DNA from: Clostridia bacterium
GTDB taxonomy: Bacteria; Bacillota; Clostridia; Oscillospirales; CAG-272
Reading direction: 5' to 3'
Length of the DNA stretch: 64,000 nucleotides
Assembly: GCA_017502875.1 (NCBI GenBank)
Contig: JAFVUF010000023.1
Coordinates: 3,020 to 67,019 of the forward strand
Shown: one piece after another, positions 37,636-47,349 of the stretch
How positions within the stretch are numbered: position 1 is the stretch's first letter
Layout of the letters: each line of letters begins with the position of its first letter
Translations under genes and position numbers: made by a program
Notes under the pieces: model-generated
Databases searched by the model: none
What the model saw: only the letters and a program-made list of their open reading frames with translations
Told to the model about the DNA's origin: nothing

Positions 37636-38040
37636 ATGGAATTCAAGGACAGACTTAAAGCAAGACGGCATATGCTGGGAATCTCACAGGAGGAGCTTGC
37701 GAAAAAATCGGGAGTAACCGGCAGAACCATACAGAATTACGAGCTTGGAACGAGAAAGCCGCAGAATATAGAAACGGCGCAGAAGCTTGCTCTTGCGCTG
37801 GATACCACGGTTGAATATCTGCTCGGAAACGACGGACTGCTTGTTGCCGAAGCCTATGAGAGAGGCGGCGCAAGGAGCGCAAGGGATATAAACGCTCTGG
37901 TTTCAGAGATAAGCGGACTTTTCGCGGGCGGAGAGATAGCCGAGGACGAAAAGGACGGAATAATGGCGGCGCTTAATCAGGCGTATTGGATGGCAAAGGA
38001 AAAGAACAAGAAATATACGCCAAGCAAGTATAAAAAATAA
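37636..38040 (+). CDS. XRE-family HTH transcriptional regulator (ImmR/DdrO-like)
   Basis: 134 aa with an N-terminal HTH_3 motif (LKARRHMLGISQEELAKKSGVTGRTIQNYELG) and a helical C-terminal extension. Confidence 0.85.
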   Translation: MEFKDRLKARRHMLGISQEELAKKSGVTGRTIQNYELGTRKPQNIETAQKLALALDTTVEYLLGNDGLLVAEAYERGGARSARDINALVSEISGLFAGGEIAEDEKDGIMAALNQAYWMAKEKNKKYTPSKYKK

Positions 38041-38109
38041 TATTCAGGGAGTGAAGTTTGAAAATTGATTTTCAAACACGCCTTTTGTGTAAGAAAGGAC
38101 TATTCATAT

Positions 38110-38622
38110 ATGAACGCATATTATGGCGACATAACAAAACGCTCCCATAAGCTTATACGTATGTACGGCACAAGAGACCCGTTTGCCATCGCAAAGGAGC
38201 TTGGCGTAGAGGTCATATTTGCCGAAGGACTGAATCACCTTAAAGGAATGTACAGAGTTATCAAGCGTAACCGATTTATAATACTTAATTCAAGTAATTC
38301 CGAGGCAATGAACACGATAGTCTGCGCTCATGAGCTTGGGCATGACCAGCTTCACAGAGAATTCGCCAAAAGCTCGCCTATCCAGGAGTTTATGCTCTAC
38401 GATATGGCGTCAAGACAGGAATATGAGGCAAACATCTTCGCCGCGGACCTGCTGCTTGACGATAGCGAAATGATTGACTATATAGAAAAGGGCTACGATT
38501 CCTTGAAGATAGCGAGAGCCACGAAAACGGATATAAATCTTGTAGCACTTAAAGTCGATTGCCTTATCCGAAACGGACATACGCTTAATAAGCAGGAGCA
38601 TAATAATAAGTTTTTAAAGTAA
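38110..38622 (+). CDS. ImmA/IrrE-family (COG2856) zinc metalloprotease
   Basis: HELGHDQLH (HExxH) plus a downstream EYEANIFAADLL motif. ATG at 38110 after AAAGGA is preferred over the TTG at 38065. Confidence 0.85.
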   Translation: MNAYYGDITKRSHKLIRMYGTRDPFAIAKELGVEVIFAEGLNHLKGMYRVIKRNRFIILNSSNSEAMNTIVCAHELGHDQLHREFAKSSPIQEFMLYDMASRQEYEANIFAADLLLDDSEMIDYIEKGYDSLKIARATKTDINLVALKVDCLIRNGHTLNKQEHNNKFLK

Positions 38623-38647
38623 AAAACGCCGAGAACGGCGTTTTTTG
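38621..38647. terminator. bidirectional intrinsic terminator
   Basis: Stem ACGCCG/CGGCGT is flanked by A6 and T6. It sits between convergent immA-like and MMPL genes. Confidence 0.8.
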
Positions 38648-38649
38648 TT

Positions 38650-41370
38650 TTAATTCTTCTTTTTCAGCGATAGCTTCATTATAAATCCGTCAAGCAGACA
38701 GAGCGCTGACGGAAGCACTACGGTTATCATCGTAACCGATACGAGAGTTCCGATACCTATCAGCGTACCCGTGCTTGATATTGCCCTTTGACTCGCTATC
38801 GCGCCGATAACGAAGCCGCAGACGGTCATAATTGTTCCTGAAGAAAATACTGTCGGCATAGCGGCGTCCACCGACCTGCGAAGCGCTTCTCTCTTATCAA
38901 GCGTCTTACGAAGCGAAACGTAGTTACTCGACATCAGTATTCCGTAATCTATCGTCGCGCCCATAAGTATACAGTTACTCATTATGTAGCTCATAAAGAA
39001 TAGCGGCTCCCCTATCGCAAGCCATATCGAAAGCGCTATCCAGATAGCTCCCTGTATAACAGCGACGAGAATAACGGGAAGCGAGAGTGAACGGAAGATG
39101 AGCATTACTATAAGAAAAACAGACACAACAGTGAAAATGCTTATAAAGGTGTTATCACTGGCAAACGTCATTTGCAGATCGTACGTAGACGCAAGCTCGC
39201 CCGCAACGTAGGAGTCAAATCCGAATATCTCCTTTGTAAGCGATGAAACATGCTCAACAAACTCGGTTGTATCCTTACTCTCAACAGGCAAATCAACAGT
39301 AAGCAGCATTCTGCTGTAATTATTTCCTATGAAAAGCTCCTCGGCGCTTTTCATCTGCGTTTGTGCATCGCTTATCATAGCCTTCATTTCGTCGTTTATT
39401 TTAAGCCTCAGAAGCTCGTTTGTCTCAACGTTTGTGGCTAAAAAGTCAAGCAGCTCGTACGCCATAACAGGCTCGTTTAAATTCAGTCCGTTATTTACGG
39501 CATACTTAACGTAAACACCCGAAATTATATCCTCTGAAAGTGTGATATCAACATCTATGCTTTTTATGCTCTTAACCGTACCGTTAAGCTTTTTGGTCAT
39601 TTGTTTATAACCGTATTTCTCGGTATCGGCAAAGAACGAATGGACAGTAAGCATATCCTCAAGCTGCTTTTCCGCCTCGGCATTGATAATTATGCTGTAT
39701 TTATCAAGAGCAAATGAAACAAGCTCGTGTCCGACAATAGATTTTTTGCCGTATCTGTTATAAAGAGTTTTTATATCGTCAAGCTCTATATTACCGCCAA
39801 GGCTTATCGCCGCATCGTAAAACTCCTGCGCCGTATTCTCCTTTGACATAAGCTCCGAAATATCAAGCAGCATATCAACCGTCTGTGTAACGGAATAATC
39901 TATAATGCCTTGAACGTCGGGATCATTTTTCAAAAGCTCGGCGGTAAAATGAGCGAGCTGAGAGGGCGTCAGCTTAACACAAGAGCCATCATTAGTAAGA
40001 TGGTACATAGCGAAAAGCATTTCCGCGTCTCCTCTGTTCACCCCCAAGGCGTTTACCGCCTTATCTACGTCATATTCCTCTCTTACCGTGTTAGAATAAG
40101 CGGTAAAGCTATTGACGGGCGACGCGCCGTCTGATTTTTTATACTGCGAAAGGCGCTCGGCAAAAAGCTTCTCGTTTTCAAAGTCGTTTTCCCCTTTTTT
40201 ATAAAGCACAAGAACCGTACTGTTATTACCAAACGTATCGCTCTCATTTGAGGCGGACGGCTCCGAAAATGAGTAAACGTTCAAAGTTTGCAAAAGCATT
40301 GCGCCGACTACTACGATGAGAGCGACGGGAGCTATTACCTTACCGCATTTAAAGGACAGCTTGCAAAACAGCTCACCTTTAGGAATAAACTCCTTCTTCT
40401 CAAGTCTTTTCATCGGCTTTTCAAGCACGAGAATAAGCGCGGGAAGAAGCGTAAGCGCCGTAACAGCCGAGATAACTATTCCCTTTATCAAAACTATTCC
40501 TATATCAAAGCCGATAGTAAACGTCATAAAGAGCAGGGCTATAAGTCCCGCGACAGTTGTAAGAGCGCTTGCGGACACGGGGGAGGATACCTTCTTTATC
40601 GAGTTAAGCATTGCCTCGACACTGTCGAGAGTTTTCTCCTTTTCGGCGCGGTAGGTGTGAAGCATTACAATACTGTAATCAATCGAGAGCGCAAGCTGAA
40701 GAATAGCCGCGACAGAATTCGTTATGTACGATATCTCGCCAAAAATTATATTAGTTCCGAGATTAATTACCACCGCAAAGCCAGAGGCGAAAAGCAGAAT
40801 TATCGGTTCAAGCCAGGATTTTGAGGTGATAAGAAGTATTATAGCGACAAGAACAAGCGAAACCGCAAGGATAAAGACCATCTCGGTCATTATGGTATCA
40901 CGCAGCGCCAAGCTGCTCGCCACACCGCCGGAATAGCTTACGTTTTTATATTCCGCTAACGCCGTCTTCACGCTTTCATACACCTCAGCTGCCTCGTCAG
41001 AGGTATCGTCTCCGTTTATCATAACGGTTATAAGCGCGTTACCGTCTTTAAAAGAAGTTGGAGCGCTTTCGTCAAACATAACGTTCAGAACGTTCGGTAT
41101 AGCTTTTATCCTTTCGACAGCGGATTTTGCCGTTTCGGCATCGGTGTCCCTAATTATAACGTTAAGGCTTCCCGTCATACCGAATTCCCTTTCGATTATT
41201 CCGAGAGAAATCTTCGTATCCGTGCTTTCGTCAAGATAGTCGCTTATGCTGTAATTTATTCTCACTTTTGGAAACAGTATAGCGCTTATCACCGCCAAAA
41301 TAACGAACAGTGCTATAACCGCGTATCTTGCGTACCCACGTTTATTATCCATCAAACACACCTTCTCCAT
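38650..41370 (-). CDS. MMPL/RND-superfamily transporter
   Basis: 906 aa with two bundles of about 6 TM segments, each preceded by a large extracytoplasmic domain, as in MMPL/RND exporters. Confidence 0.8.
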   Translation of the reverse strand: MEKVCLMDNKRGYARYAVIALFVILAVISAILFPKVRINYSISDYLDESTDTKISLGIIEREFGMTGSLNVIIRDTDAETAKSAVERIKAIPNVLNVMFDESAPTSFKDGNALITVMINGDDTSDEAAEVYESVKTALAEYKNVSYSGGVASSLALRDTIMTEMVFILAVSLVLVAIILLITSKSWLEPIILLFASGFAVVINLGTNIIFGEISYITNSVAAILQLALSIDYSIVMLHTYRAEKEKTLDSVEAMLNSIKKVSSPVSASALTTVAGLIALLFMTFTIGFDIGIVLIKGIVISAVTALTLLPALILVLEKPMKRLEKKEFIPKGELFCKLSFKCGKVIAPVALIVVVGAMLLQTLNVYSFSEPSASNESDTFGNNSTVLVLYKKGENDFENEKLFAERLSQYKKSDGASPVNSFTAYSNTVREEYDVDKAVNALGVNRGDAEMLFAMYHLTNDGSCVKLTPSQLAHFTAELLKNDPDVQGIIDYSVTQTVDMLLDISELMSKENTAQEFYDAAISLGGNIELDDIKTLYNRYGKKSIVGHELVSFALDKYSIIINAEAEKQLEDMLTVHSFFADTEKYGYKQMTKKLNGTVKSIKSIDVDITLSEDIISGVYVKYAVNNGLNLNEPVMAYELLDFLATNVETNELLRLKINDEMKAMISDAQTQMKSAEELFIGNNYSRMLLTVDLPVESKDTTEFVEHVSSLTKEIFGFDSYVAGELASTYDLQMTFASDNTFISIFTVVSVFLIVMLIFRSLSLPVILVAVIQGAIWIALSIWLAIGEPLFFMSYIMSNCILMGATIDYGILMSSNYVSLRKTLDKREALRRSVDAAMPTVFSSGTIMTVCGFVIGAIASQRAISSTGTLIGIGTLVSVTMITVVLPSALCLLDGFIMKLSLKKKN

Positions 41371-41505
41371 TTTAATGTATTCAGTGTATCATTAAAGTAT
41401 AAACTGAAAATAAACTTTTTAAAAATTTCTGTGTATTCAAGCGGTTGACATATTTAATTTTGTATGTTAAAATAAACCTATAACGTAACACCGAGAGGTA
41501 TAGAT

Positions 41506-42084
41506 ATGCCGCCACTGCTTACTTTAACCTTGCTTATAATATCGGCGTTTGTTCTCTACGCAATACTCAAGATACCCGTAAAGCGCCTGCTACTTGTGTC
41601 AAAGCTTAAAAGCATATGCCAAAAGCGGGGCTTTGATATCACCGTAAATCACGTATTTAAATCAATGCTCAAGCGTGAAAACGAGCCTGATATAATAATT
41701 AAGACAGAGAGCGGCGGGTTTAGAGTTTTTATACTGACAACGAGGTTTCACCGAGTACGTTATCATTTTCCAAACGAAGAATACTTTGAAATAATGGGCA
41801 AGGTATTTATCCTTTTTCCCGGCACGCGCCTTCCCGTACATAACGGTATGCCTAAAAATAAATCGACGTTTCAGTATGAGTATTACAAGAAAAAATATGA
41901 CAATTTTGACCTCTCCGACGACGGAAGCGGTCTTACCACAGTGCTTCTTGTGCACCCGATACCGTTCGAGATAAGCATTGTAAAAAATACGGAAACCGTA
42001 CATTTATGGAACGGAGACGAATTCTATAACGGTATACTCTTCTATTCAGGCGACGGATTCAAAGAGCTGCTGAAAAGGAAATAA
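41506..42084 (+). CDS. hypothetical N-terminally membrane-anchored protein
   Basis: 192 aa with one N-terminal TM, then a soluble domain (EPDIIIKTESGGFRVFILT...). No family recognised. Confidence 0.45.
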   Translation: MPPLLTLTLLIISAFVLYAILKIPVKRLLLVSKLKSICQKRGFDITVNHVFKSMLKRENEPDIIIKTESGGFRVFILTTRFHRVRYHFPNEEYFEIMGKVFILFPGTRLPVHNGMPKNKSTFQYEYYKKKYDNFDLSDDGSGLTTVLLVHPIPFEISIVKNTETVHLWNGDEFYNGILFYSGDGFKELLKRK

Positions 42085-42102
42085 ATTTTAGAGGTTTCAA
42101 AT

Positions 42103-43215
42103 ATGAAAAAGCTTGGCTTCGGACTAATGCGCCTTCCCTGCAAGGACGGTAATATCTCAAAGATAGACCATCAAAGAGTAAACGGGCTTATTGACAGATT
42201 TATGGCTGACGGCTTTAACTATTTTGATACCGCCGCCTGCTACCATAACGAAAAAAGCGAGGAAGCGTTTCGCATTTGCGTTTCTGAGCGATATCCACGT
42301 GAAAGCTATTGGCTAACTGACAAATTAAGTCTTTTTATGCTAAAAAAGGCAGATGAAATCCCCTCGTTTTTTGAAAGGCAGCTTGAAACGCTTGGAGTTG
42401 ACTACGTTGACCTTTATCTTCTCCACTCAATGCGAAAGAGCAGCTTCGAGCAGGCGGAGGAATGGGGCGCTATCGACTTTATGCAAAAGGAAAAGGCTAA
42501 GGGCAGGATAAAGCATATAGGCTTTTCCTTCCACGATACCGCCGAGGTGCTTGACAGTATACTGACACGTCATCCGGAGATGGAGTACGTTCAGCTTCAG
42601 ATTAACTATCTTGACTGGGAGGACGAAAAGGTTCAGTCAAGAAAATGCTATGAGGTTGCGTTTAAGCACGGAAAAAAGGTGCTTATAATGGAACCGGTCA
42701 AGGGCGGAGCGCTCGCAAATATTCCCACTGACGCCGCAAAGCTTCTTAGCGCTCTTGACGAAAAAATGTCGGTAGCTTCTTGGGCTATCCGTTTTGCCGC
42801 TTCCCTGCCAAATGTTGAAACGGTGCTTTCGGGAATGTCAAACGAGGAGCAGCTAAATGACAACCTTAGCTATATGAAGGATTTCATTCCGCTTACGCAA
42901 AATGAGCATAATTCAGCGCTTAAAGCCGCCGAGATAATCAGAAAAACAATAGCTGTTCCATGCACTAACTGTCAGTACTGTGTTGAGGGTTGTCCGCAGC
43001 AGATAGATATCCCGAAGCTCTTTACTATCTTTAACAACTATATGCGTTTTAACGGAATGAACAAACAAGACTATGTAATCAGGTATGCGCAGGCTGTCAA
43101 GGATAAGGGCGAGGCATCGGATTGCATCGGATGCGCAAACTGTGAGGATCGCTGTCCGCAAAAGATAACCATTCGCCATTTCCTTTCGCAGATAGCAAAG
43201 GAGTTCGAATGTTAA
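42103..43215 (+). CDS. aldo/keto reductase with C-terminal 2x[4Fe-4S] ferredoxin-like domain
   Basis: 370 aa. The N-terminus is AKR-like (FGLMRLP, FNYFDTAACY, DLYLLHS). The C-terminus has CTNCQYCVEGCP and CIGCANCEDRCP cluster motifs. Confidence 0.85.
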   Translation: MKKLGFGLMRLPCKDGNISKIDHQRVNGLIDRFMADGFNYFDTAACYHNEKSEEAFRICVSERYPRESYWLTDKLSLFMLKKADEIPSFFERQLETLGVDYVDLYLLHSMRKSSFEQAEEWGAIDFMQKEKAKGRIKHIGFSFHDTAEVLDSILTRHPEMEYVQLQINYLDWEDEKVQSRKCYEVAFKHGKKVLIMEPVKGGALANIPTDAAKLLSALDEKMSVASWAIRFAASLPNVETVLSGMSNEEQLNDNLSYMKDFIPLTQNEHNSALKAAEIIRKTIAVPCTNCQYCVEGCPQQIDIPKLFTIFNNYMRFNGMNKQDYVIRYAQAVKDKGEASDCIGCANCEDRCPQKITIRHFLSQIAKEFEC

Positions 43216-43628
43216 GTAAAGCAAAAAAGTTATTAATTGATAATAATACCAGATTAGTGATAATAAAGAACGATATAACGACATCGAGTAACGAAAGAGG
43301 TATAAAAGCACTGCTTGAAATCCTTGACAGTAACAGCGATTTTTCAGGCGCTTACGCAGCGGACAAGGTGGTAGGAAAGGCCGCCGCGACGGTATACGTT
43401 CTTCTTAAAATCAAGGCGCTTTACGCTAAGGTGGTAAGCGAGGGCGCAAAGGAAATAATCAAAGCAAACGGTATCTATCTTGAATATGACGAGTCTGTTC
43501 CCTACATCGTAAACAGAGCCGGTAACGGAATGTGCCCAATGGAAGAAGCGGTAGGCGACGAGTGTGATCCAGAAGCGGCTATTAAACGGATACGCATAAG
43601 ACTTGAACAATTACTGAAAAGCAATTAA
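43209..43628 (+). CDS. DUF1893-like protein
   Basis: 139 aa. Overlaps the AKR stop by 7 nt. The ADKVVGKAAA...GMCPMEEAV pattern is as I recall for DUF1893. Confidence 0.55.
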   Translation: MLSKAKKLLIDNNTRLVIIKNDITTSSNERGIKALLEILDSNSDFSGAYAADKVVGKAAATVYVLLKIKALYAKVVSEGAKEIIKANGIYLEYDESVPYIVNRAGNGMCPMEEAVGDECDPEAAIKRIRIRLEQLLKSN

Positions 43629-43691
43629 TAAATATGAAATGGGAGCTGTCGCAAACGCGTTAGCCCCCATTTTTTGTGTTAATAGTAAAAA

Positions 43692-45032
43692 TTACAGCCT
43701 TTGAGCTATTACGTCCGCAACCCTACGCGCTACGTTAGTAATAAGCTCTTTATCGCCGCCCTCGGTCATTACCCTGATAAGCGGCTCGGTGCCTGACGGA
43801 CGAACAACTATTCTTCCGTCCTCAGATAGCTCGTTTTCAGCTTCTCTAATAGCGCTTTGCACCGCAGTGTCGTTATAGAAGCGAAGCTTTCCCTCTGCGC
43901 TCACGCTTATGTTTATGAGCTCCTGAGGATATCTTTTCATAACGCTTTTAAGCTCTGAGAGCTTTTTACCGCTACGCTTCATAAGCGAAAGCACCTGAAG
44001 CGCCGTAAGCTGACCGTCTCCCGTTGTTGCATAATCGGAAAAAATTATATGTCCTGACTGCTCTCCTCCAATAATGAAATCGCCTATCAGCATTTCCTCA
44101 AGCACATACCTATCACCGACCTTAGTAGGTAAAAAGGTGATTCCGTTCTTTTTACAGAACTTATTAAAGCCGAAATTAGTCATTACCGTACCGACAACAG
44201 TATTATTTTTAAGCTTTCCTCGCTTCTTCATATCAAGCGCGCACATAGCAAGAATCTGGTCGCCGTCAACAAGCTCGCCGTTTTCATCAATGCAAAGACA
44301 TCTATCAGCATCTCCGTCAAACGCAAAGCCTACGTCAAGGCTGTCATTCAATACCGCTTCACGAAGAAGCTCAATATGCGTTGAGCCACACTTTTCATTG
44401 ATATTAAATCCACTCGGCTCTGCCGCGATAACATCAACACTTGCGCCAAGACTGCTGAATATATTTTTCGCTGAAACACATGCGCTTCCGTTTGAGCAAT
44501 CAAGAGCAATTCTTAAACCTGATAAATTTTCACTTACAGAGCCTTTCAGATGCTCTGAATACATATTTACCGCATTTTCAAGCTGCTCGCAGGTGCCAAC
44601 CTTTTTTGACGAAAAGGAAACGTATTTCTCAGGTTCAAGTACAATTGACTCGATGCGGTCCTCAAGAGCGTCAGGCAGCTTGTAGCCGTCAGAGCCGAAA
44701 ACCTTTATTCCGTTATACTCCCACGTATTATGAGAGGCAGACACCATTATACCGGCGTTAAGATTAAGCTCTTTTACTAAAAAAGCTACGCAAGGCGTCG
44801 ATACCGTACCTGCGTTTATAACGCTTGCGCCCATTGAGCAAAGACCGGCAATTAGTGAATTTACCAGCATATCCGCCGAAGCTCTCGTGTCGTGTCCAAT
44901 TATTACTTTAGGACTCTGCTCCTTATCAGTAAGTATGCACGAAATCGCTCTGCCGATAGAGAGCGCAAGCTCGCAGGTAAGCTCCTCGTTTGCTATTCCT
45001 CTTACTCCGTCTGTTCCAAAAAGTCTTCCCAT
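43692..45032 (-). CDS. glmM: phosphoglucosamine mutase
   Basis: 446 aa with LFGTDGVRG, active-site SASHN and DGDADR motifs. Confidence 0.95.
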   Translation of the reverse strand: MGRLFGTDGVRGIANEELTCELALSIGRAISCILTDKEQSPKVIIGHDTRASADMLVNSLIAGLCSMGASVINAGTVSTPCVAFLVKELNLNAGIMVSASHNTWEYNGIKVFGSDGYKLPDALEDRIESIVLEPEKYVSFSSKKVGTCEQLENAVNMYSEHLKGSVSENLSGLRIALDCSNGSACVSAKNIFSSLGASVDVIAAEPSGFNINEKCGSTHIELLREAVLNDSLDVGFAFDGDADRCLCIDENGELVDGDQILAMCALDMKKRGKLKNNTVVGTVMTNFGFNKFCKKNGITFLPTKVGDRYVLEEMLIGDFIIGGEQSGHIIFSDYATTGDGQLTALQVLSLMKRSGKKLSELKSVMKRYPQELINISVSAEGKLRFYNDTAVQSAIREAENELSEDGRIVVRPSGTEPLIRVMTEGGDKELITNVARRVADVIAQRL

Positions 45033-45035
45033 AAG

Positions 45036-45716
45036 CTACACCTTTTCCTTTTCACACGGAAGCTTTTGAAGCGTTTCCTCAGCGCTTTTGTAAATTGAAT
45101 TCTCTTTTATATATCCTCTGACAGAGGTTAGCGGATATATACTTGTGTTCTTACCTACTACCGTACCAGGATTAAGAACAGCTCCACACCCTACCTCAAC
45201 AAAATCTCCGAGTATTGCTCCAAGCTTTTTATAGCCTGAGCAAATACGTTCTTTACCGTAGCTGACGAAAACAAGTGATTTATCCATTTTAACGTTTGAT
45301 GTTATAGCGCCTGCGCCTAAATGCGATTTATATCCTATAATGGAATCGCCAACGTAATTATAGTGAGGAACCTGAACTCCGTCAAACAGTATTACGTTTT
45401 TTAGCTCGGTGCTGTTTCCGACTATCGCGTTTTTTCCGACAATAGCGTTTTCTCTGATAAACGCGCAGTGTCTTATTTCCGCATTCTCGTCAATTATACA
45501 CGGAGCGCTTATACTTGCGGTGCTTGCTACCTTAGCGCTTTTTGCAATCCAGACGCCCTCCTTAGGTGTGTAAAATAAATCCTTAGGGAGCGATTTACCA
45601 AGATTTAATATAAAATCATTTATCTTTGTCAGCGCCTCGTGCGGATAAGTACATCCTTTGAAGATTTCGCTCGCAACTGTATGCTCAAGCGTAAAAAGCT
45701 CTGTAATTATTTCCAT
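45036..45716 (-). CDS. left-handed beta-helix (hexapeptide-repeat) acyl/acetyltransferase, GlmU C-terminal-like
   Basis: Repeated [LIV]G-x4 hexapeptides (IGYKSHLGAGAITSNV, VEVGCGAVLNPGTVVG). ATG at 45716 after AGGAA is preferred. It ends 3 nt before glmM. Confidence 0.7.
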   Translation of the reverse strand: MEIITELFTLEHTVASEIFKGCTYPHEALTKINDFILNLGKSLPKDLFYTPKEGVWIAKSAKVASTASISAPCIIDENAEIRHCAFIRENAIVGKNAIVGNSTELKNVILFDGVQVPHYNYVGDSIIGYKSHLGAGAITSNVKMDKSLVFVSYGKERICSGYKKLGAILGDFVEVGCGAVLNPGTVVGKNTSIYPLTSVRGYIKENSIYKSAEETLQKLPCEKEKV

Positions 45717-45855
45717 ACTTTTCCTTTCTAAGAATAAACTACACTTTATACTATGCTCAAGATTATTTTTGGTTAAAAACAAGCTGCTAACACTGTTAAT
45801 CTCTGTAATATGCTGACCGTTTAAAACAAAAAAGTCCTTACTGCAAGTAAGGACA

Positions 45856-45929
45856 TGGAGCGGGTGATGGGAATCGAACCCACGCGACCAGCTTGGAAGG
45901 CTGGGATTCTACCATTGAACTACACCCGC
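45856..45929 (-). tRNA. tRNA-Gly (anticodon TCC), CCA encoded
   Basis: The reverse complement reads GCGGGTG...CCAGC-CTTCCAA-GCTGG...GGTTCGATTCC...CACCCGC-T-CCA. Confidence 0.93.
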
Positions 45930-46255
45930 ATTTCTCAACATTAGGTATTATACACCATTCATACCCATTTGTCAAGGGGGTTTTAAAAACTTTTTTAATG
46001 TTTTTATTTCATAGTAGTATTATAACTGAAAACTTGCCGTTAATGTAAGCAAACATCAACCGAATATTTTATTAAGTACAATAATGGCTAATATTTGCGA
46101 TACATATTTATTTTTTTATTTACTACAAAATTATTTCATTTTTCCCTTTTTATCATTTCAGATTTTGTATGTTATAAATAACGTGTTAAATGAGCAAATT
46201 AATAAGCGGAGAGAATGAATTTATGAAAGTACGTTAAGAAATGCAGGGAAAGTAA

Positions 46256-47284
46256 ATGTCAGTATCAAACAAAAAAACAAAAAGAATTTTAAGCGTTTTG
46301 CTGTGCGTTACGCTTATTATTTTTACCTTCTTACCCATTTATGCGGAGACAAGCGATTCGGGTAAGGAAGTTATCGTAGGCGGATGTCTGTTCGGTTTAC
46401 GCATGCAAACAAACGGAATTCCGATAGTCGGTCTGGATAAGGTTGAAACGGAAATCGGAGCAAAAGCCCCTGCATACGATGCAGGATTAAAGATTAATGA
46501 CGTAATCATCAGGCTTAACGGAAGCGCAGTAACCTCGGTAAAGCAGGTTACGGACAAAATACTTTCGTGCGGCGGAAGAGCTCTGAGCTTTACGGTAATA
46601 AGAAACGGCGAGGAAAAGGTTATAAGCGTGCTTCCGCTTCTTGCCAAGGACGGAAAATACCATGCGGGAATCTGGATACGCGACAGTGCCGCGGGAATAG
46701 GCACAGTTACGTATATAGACCCTAAAACAAATGAGTTTGCGGGACTTGGGCACGGTATATGCGACTGCGATACTACTTCCCTACTGCCGCTTTCACGCGG
46801 AGCGGTTACCGAGGTAGAGCTTAACAGCATCGTCAAGGGTAAAAGCGGTGTCCCGGGAGAAATCAAGGGCTCATTTAAAGGCGATAAAAAGGGCGCTCTT
46901 ATAAAGAACACAGTAAGCGGTGTCTACGGTATATACTCCACTCTCCCAAGCGGTGTCGGTGAAAAAATGAAGACCGCGACAATAAACGAGGTGGAGCCCG
47001 GTGAAGCGGTAATTCGCTGCTCAGTAAGTGGACAGATACGGGAGTACAGGATTAAAATAGAAAAAATATCACCAAGAAGCAATAACGGCAAAAATTTTTC
47101 AATAAAGGTTATTGACGATTCACTAATCGAGCTGACAGGCGGTATAGTTCAGGGAATGTCAGGCTCTCCGATTATTCAGAACGGCAAGCTCGTCGGCGCG
47201 GTTACTCACGTAACTGTAAACGATCCGACAAAGGGATACGGTATATTTATTGAAAATATGTTGAATTCGGCGCGAATGCAATAG
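46256..47284 (+). CDS. spoIVB: SpoIVB signalling serine peptidase (PDZ + S55)
   Basis: 342 aa with a signal/TM N-terminus, a PDZ region (AGLKINDVIIRLNG) and S55 motifs (GIGTVTY, GLGHGI, GMSGSPI). Confidence 0.88.
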   Translation: MSVSNKKTKRILSVLLCVTLIIFTFLPIYAETSDSGKEVIVGGCLFGLRMQTNGIPIVGLDKVETEIGAKAPAYDAGLKINDVIIRLNGSAVTSVKQVTDKILSCGGRALSFTVIRNGEEKVISVLPLLAKDGKYHAGIWIRDSAAGIGTVTYIDPKTNEFAGLGHGICDCDTTSLLPLSRGAVTEVELNSIVKGKSGVPGEIKGSFKGDKKGALIKNTVSGVYGIYSTLPSGVGEKMKTATINEVEPGEAVIRCSVSGQIREYRIKIEKISPRSNNGKNFSIKVIDDSLIELTGGIVQGMSGSPIIQNGKLVGAVTHVTVNDPTKGYGIFIENMLNSARMQ

Positions 47285-47306
47285 TTTCAGTCTGCGTAAA
47301 AACACA

Positions 47307-47345
47307 AAAGGCAATATTATTCCAATCGGAGTGATATTGCCTTTT
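47307..47345. terminator. bidirectional terminator hairpin, copy 1 of AAGGCAATAT(T/C)A stem
   Basis: AAAGGCAATATTA...TGATATTGCCTTT with flanking A and T runs, between spoIVB and the AraC gene. Confidence 0.75.
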
Positions 47346-47349
47346 TAAA

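Noticed and set aside
44074-44685. 203-aa plus-strand ORF inside glmM. Similar long antisense ORFs occur at 11481-12017, 40288-40824, 46339-46911 and 14310-14918.
   Set aside because: All lie entirely antisense to genes with strong family motifs, are Ser/Pro/Arg-rich and lack RBSs. I treat them as shadow ORFs.
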